NCBI GenBank assembly: GCA_965224245.1
Contig: OZ245046.1
Coordinates: 3,264,001-3,328,000 of the forward strand
Direction: 5' to 3'
Source: Candidatus Eiseniibacteriota bacterium
GTDB lineage: Bacteria > Eisenbacteria > RBG-16-71-46 > CAZAMP01
DNA length: 64,000 nucleotides
Below, one piece after another: positions 60,367 to 64,000 of the stretch. Position 1 is the first letter of the stretch, and each line of letters begins with the position of its first letter. The notes beneath the pieces are model-generated. The model did not search any database. It saw nothing but the letters and a program-made list of their open reading frames with translations, and was not told the DNA's origin. The translations under genes were made by a program, and so were the position numbers.

Positions 60367-61530
60367 GTGCCGCCGTCCCGAACCCCGATCACCGGCGCCC
60401 TGGCGCTCTCGATACTCGTCACCGTCTCCGCCAGCGCCGACCCCGCACCTCTCACCTCGATCCTCGAGGGCGTCGCCGCCCGCTACGAGTCCCTCGAGAG
60501 CTACGACGTGCGCGGGTCGTTCGACGCCCGGTTCGAGAGCGGCGGACGCTCGCAGACGCTGACGTCCGAGATGCACCTGGCCGGGCGCCCGCCGGAGCTG
60601 ATCCGAGAGGAGCTCGTGGGCGCACGCGGTCATCTGATGGTCCAGAACGCGGAGACCCGCTGGATCTTTCTCCCATCGGCCAACAAGTACGAGAAACAGG
60701 ACATCAAGGCCGGTGACGCCCCGGCCACCACCGTGAACCTCACGAAGTTCGCCGAGCTGGACACCTTCGCCGATCGCGCCACCGATCTCGGCGAGGAGCC
60801 GCTCACCCTCGACCCCGACGGAGAGGCGATCGACGTGGTCGCACGCAAGATCGCGCTCCCCGCCGAGGCGTCCGGCCAGGTGCGGCCCGGCGCGTCAGTG
60901 GACAGCTACACGGTGTGGGTCGCGCCCGATTCTCACACGATCGTCCGCGAGGAGTTCGTCATCTCGCGGACGCAGCCCGCCCCCACGACGATCCACGTGA
61001 CCGTCTCGTACGACGACGTCAACGTGGACACCCCGGTGGACGACGCCCTGTTCGCGTTCGAGCCGCCCGCCGGGGCCACGCCGCTGCAGGCCGGCCCCGC
61101 CCCGGGACCGATGGAGGGCAAGGCCGCGCCCGATCTGACGCTGACCACGCTCACCGGCGAGACGATCACGATGTCGGAGCTGCGCGGCAAGGTCGTGCTG
61201 GTCGATTTCTGGGCCACCTGGTGCGGCCCCTGCAAGCGCGAGATGCCGCACATCCAGAAGCTCTTCGAGGACCTGTCGGACGATGGTCTCGTCGTGCTGG
61301 CCATCTCCAACGAGAAGGAAGCCACCATCCGCCGCTACATCGACTCGAAGAACTACACCTTCCCGACTCTCGTCGACGAGGGCGCCGAGGTCACGCGCCG
61401 CTACGGGGTGACGGCGTACCCCACGCTGTTCGTGGTCGACCGCGAGGGCACGATCAGCTCGCACCTCGTGGGGCTGCGTCCCGAGTCCGCGTTGCGGGAA
61501 GCACTCCGGAAGGCCGGTCTCGACGGCTGA
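60367..61530 (+). CDS. Exported LolA-like domain fused to TlpA/ResA-type thioredoxin
   Basis: Signal peptide; beta-rich region ending DDALFAFEPPAGA; VVLVDFWATWCGPC and AYPTLFVVD. Confidence 0.85.
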   Translation: MPPSRTPITGALALSILVTVSASADPAPLTSILEGVAARYESLESYDVRGSFDARFESGGRSQTLTSEMHLAGRPPELIREELVGARGHLMVQNAETRWIFLPSANKYEKQDIKAGDAPATTVNLTKFAELDTFADRATDLGEEPLTLDPDGEAIDVVARKIALPAEASGQVRPGASVDSYTVWVAPDSHTIVREEFVISRTQPAPTTIHVTVSYDDVNVDTPVDDALFAFEPPAGATPLQAGPAPGPMEGKAAPDLTLTTLTGETITMSELRGKVVLVDFWATWCGPCKREMPHIQKLFEDLSDDGLVVLAISNEKEATIRRYIDSKNYTFPTLVDEGAEVTRRYGVTAYPTLFVVDREGTISSHLVGLRPESALREALRKAGLDG

Positions 61531-61590
61531 CGGCGCCGCACGCCCCAAGCGCTCGGCTCCCGCGCCCGCGGCTCGCGGCGCGCGAGTCGT

Positions 61591-64000
61591 TCAGAAGCGC
61601 TCGCTCAGGCGCGCCAGCGCACCCACCAGATCCGGCTTCACGGTCATCAGCGCCGCGAACGGATCCTGCTTCTGCCGGGAGAGACGCGGGACGATCGTCT
61701 TCATCGTGTATGCCTGAGCGGTCAGGGATCCGGTGACCTCCCGCCAGCGAACGGGTGCCGACACCGGCGCCCCCGGGAGCGGCCGGACGCTGTAGGGCGC
61801 CACCAGCAGCTGTCCGTGCCGGTTCTGGAGGTAGTCCAAGTAGACCTTCCCCTGGCGCGCGTCCAGCGCGCGGGCCGTGGTCGCGATGTCGGGGTGATCC
61901 GCCTCGACGGCCCGGGCCAGGAGCTCTCCCAGCATGCGGGACTGGTCGTACGTGCACTGCCCGCCCAGCGGCAGCAACACGTGAAGGCCGGTGGAGCCGC
62001 TGGTCTTGACGAAGCTCTCCAGCCCGATCGAGCGACACAGGGCCCGGATCGCCTTCGCGAGCGTGACGACGTGGGTGAACGGCGCGCCCTTCGGGTCCAG
62101 GTCGAGGATGCACCAGTCGGGATTCTGGAGCGAGCTCACCCGGCTCGACCAGATGTGGAGCGGGATCGCCCCGGAGTTGACCACGTACACGAGCGTCTCG
62201 AGATCGTTGCAGACGTAGTAGCCGATCTCCTTCTCGGAGCTTCCGCTCCAGATGGTCACGGTCTCGACCCAGTCGGGGACGAAGTCCGGCACGTTCTTCT
62301 GGTAGAAGCTCTTCCCGTCGATTCCGTCCGGATAACGCGTCAGCACCAGCGGGCGGTTCGAGAGGAACGTGCGGAGCCACGGCCACACGGCGCGGTAGTA
62401 GTCGATCAGATCGCCCTTCGTGTACCCGTCCTCGGGCCAGAAGACCTTCGGAAGGCGAGTCAGCTTCACGTGCCGGTCCACGGGCTCGTCCTCGACGGCG
62501 GCGGGCTCGATCTCGACCCGATCCTCCACCGGATGGAGACACTCGCGCGGGGGCTTGTCGTCGCGAAGCCGCAGAAAGACCGGGTGCCGGAGAAACCCGC
62601 TCTCGGTCCACGTCTTGTACCGGACGTTGACCACCATCCGCGGCTGCACCCAGCGATGCTCGGCGGACGTGGGCAGCGTCCCGCGGCACGGGGGATCCTC
62701 GCGCTCCATCGACTCGAGCGCGGCGCGGAACGCGTCGAGCTGATCCTCGGAGAACCCCGACCCCACGCGACCCACGTACTCCAGGACGTCCCCGCGATAG
62801 GCGCCGAGGTGAAGCGCCCCGAACCCCGCGCGCGAGCCCTTGGGTCGCGTGTACCCGCAGACGACGAAGTCTCCCTCGCGGTCGGCGGGCAGCTTCAGCC
62901 AGCGCTCGGAACGGCCGCCCCGGTACGGTGCGTCCCGGTGCTTGGCCATGATTCCCTCCAGGCCCATCTCCCGGACCTTCTCGTACATGGCCTCGCCGTG
63001 CGCCTCGATGTGATCGGTGAAGCGGACCGGGCCCGTTCGCGGCGCCAGCCGGGACAGGAGCGCCTTTCGCGCCGCCAGGGGGAGCGGGCGCAGATCGAAC
63101 CCGTCGAACGCCAGGAGATCGAACGCGTACAGCGTCGCCGGCGACGCGACCGCCGCCCGCTCGACGTCCAGGCGCCGCCGCGTCTGGGCCCGCTTCTGGA
63201 GCGCCTGGAAGTCGGGCCGTCCCGCGTCGTCGAGGACGACCAGCTCCCCGTCGAGGATCAGGCCGTCGTACGGCGTCGACTTCACCGCGCGGGCGATCTC
63301 GGGGAACGTGGAGGTGATGTCGTGCCCGTTCCGGGACAGGAGCAGCGGCTCGCCGTCGGCGCCCCGCGAGGCCAGGAGGCGGTAGCCGTCGTACTTCAGC
63401 TCGAAGAGCCAGTCGGAGGACGTGAAGGGCTTGTCCCCCGTCTTGGCCAGCATGAACGAGACCTTCCTCGGCGACACCGCACGCCGCGGCGCGCCGAGCT
63501 CGTTCAGCTCCCGGCGCACCTCGTCGGTACGGGCATCGAGCGTGGCCAGCTCTTCCACGGTCAGCCCCGAGAGGATCGACTCCTCCCCGAAGGGCTCGGC
63601 GCTCTCGCTGGCCCAGTCGTCCGGCCGCTTCTTCAGGAGCCAGTCTCGGCTCCTGGGGTCGTTCTTGTCCGGGCGCACGAGCACCCACCCGCCGCGGAGC
63701 TTGTATCCACGCAGCTCGAAGTGCAGGACACCGGTCGACTCGATCGCCTCCTCGGGATCGTCCAGGGGCATCCACTGGCCGCGATCCCAGACGATCATCG
63801 CGCCCGCGCCGTAGTTCCCGTCGGGGATGACGCCCTCGAAGTCGGCGTACTCGACCGGATGGTCCTCGGTCTGGACCGCCAGGCGATTCTCCTTGGTGTT
63901 CCACGAGAACCCCTTGGGAACAGCCCAGCACAGGAGCGTGCCGCCCCATTCGAGTCGCAGGTCGTAGTGGAGCCGGGTCGCATCGTGCTTCTGCACCACG
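61591..64000 (-). CDS. ligD: NHEJ DNA ligase D (phosphoesterase-ligase-polymerase), 5' end outside window
   Basis: VQKHDATRLHYDLRLE (PE domain), FELKYDGYR and EGIMAK (ligase), LDLDP and KTSGSTGLHV (polymerase). Confidence 0.96.
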   Translation of the reverse strand, partial: VVQKHDATRLHYDLRLEWGGTLLCWAVPKGFSWNTKENRLAVQTEDHPVEYADFEGVIPDGNYGAGAMIVWDRGQWMPLDDPEEAIESTGVLHFELRGYKLRGGWVLVRPDKNDPRSRDWLLKKRPDDWASESAEPFGEESILSGLTVEELATLDARTDEVRRELNELGAPRRAVSPRKVSFMLAKTGDKPFTSSDWLFELKYDGYRLLASRGADGEPLLLSRNGHDITSTFPEIARAVKSTPYDGLILDGELVVLDDAGRPDFQALQKRAQTRRRLDVERAAVASPATLYAFDLLAFDGFDLRPLPLAARKALLSRLAPRTGPVRFTDHIEAHGEAMYEKVREMGLEGIMAKHRDAPYRGGRSERWLKLPADREGDFVVCGYTRPKGSRAGFGALHLGAYRGDVLEYVGRVGSGFSEDQLDAFRAALESMEREDPPCRGTLPTSAEHRWVQPRMVVNVRYKTWTESGFLRHPVFLRLRDDKPPRECLHPVEDRVEIEPAAVEDEPVDRHVKLTRLPKVFWPEDGYTKGDLIDYYRAVWPWLRTFLSNRPLVLTRYPDGIDGKSFYQKNVPDFVPDWVETVTIWSGSSEKEIGYYVCNDLETLVYVVNSGAIPLHIWSSRVSSLQNPDWCILDLDPKGAPFTHVVTLAKAIRALCRSIGLESFVKTSGSTGLHVLLPLGGQCTYDQSRMLGELLARAVEADHPDIATTARALDARQGKVYLDYLQNRHGQLLVAPYSVRPLPGAPVSAPVRWREVTGSLTAQAYTMKTIVPRLSRQKQDPFAALMTVKPDLVGALARLSERF

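Overview
This is a very GC-rich bacterial window. The FlgD-Ig-tailed S8 protease, a GWxTD-type TPR protein and a C-terminal 'TTWxxLKALY' motif suggest a Latescibacterota/Eisenbacteria/Krumholzibacteriota-like organism, but that is inference only. In order, it holds: a PAP2 enzyme, MFS transporter, sulfatase-like lipoprotein, acyl-CoA ligase and secreted S8 protease; a two-part sugar/glycoside utilisation locus (GH-A-like lipoprotein, GNAT, amidohydrolase, sugar ABC transporter, TIM-barrel isomerase, two Gfo/Idh/MocA oxidoreductases, GH116, and a kinase resembling plant galacturonokinase) split by a frameshifted lipoprotein gene and the GWxTD protein; an AGCS symporter; HD, YceI, MarR and a two-component pair; a metallophosphoesterase, heterodimeric ABC exporter and M16 peptidase; an 11-subunit nuo operon lacking nuoEFG; an M1P-guanylyltransferase-like gene; groES-groEL behind a sigma54-type promoter; a LolA-like/TlpA fusion; and a partial ligD. 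The most notable signal is a module that occurs twice: a ~100-aa secreted acidic propeptide with G-D-(P/D)-W motifs next to a TPR + sigma54-AAA+ regulator. One regulator copy is intact and the other is degenerate. This looks like a candidate RRNPP-like peptide signalling system wired to sigma54. I saw no rRNA, tRNA, CRISPR or mobile element. All calls are by eye, with no database searches; some start codons are adjusted from the ORF track.
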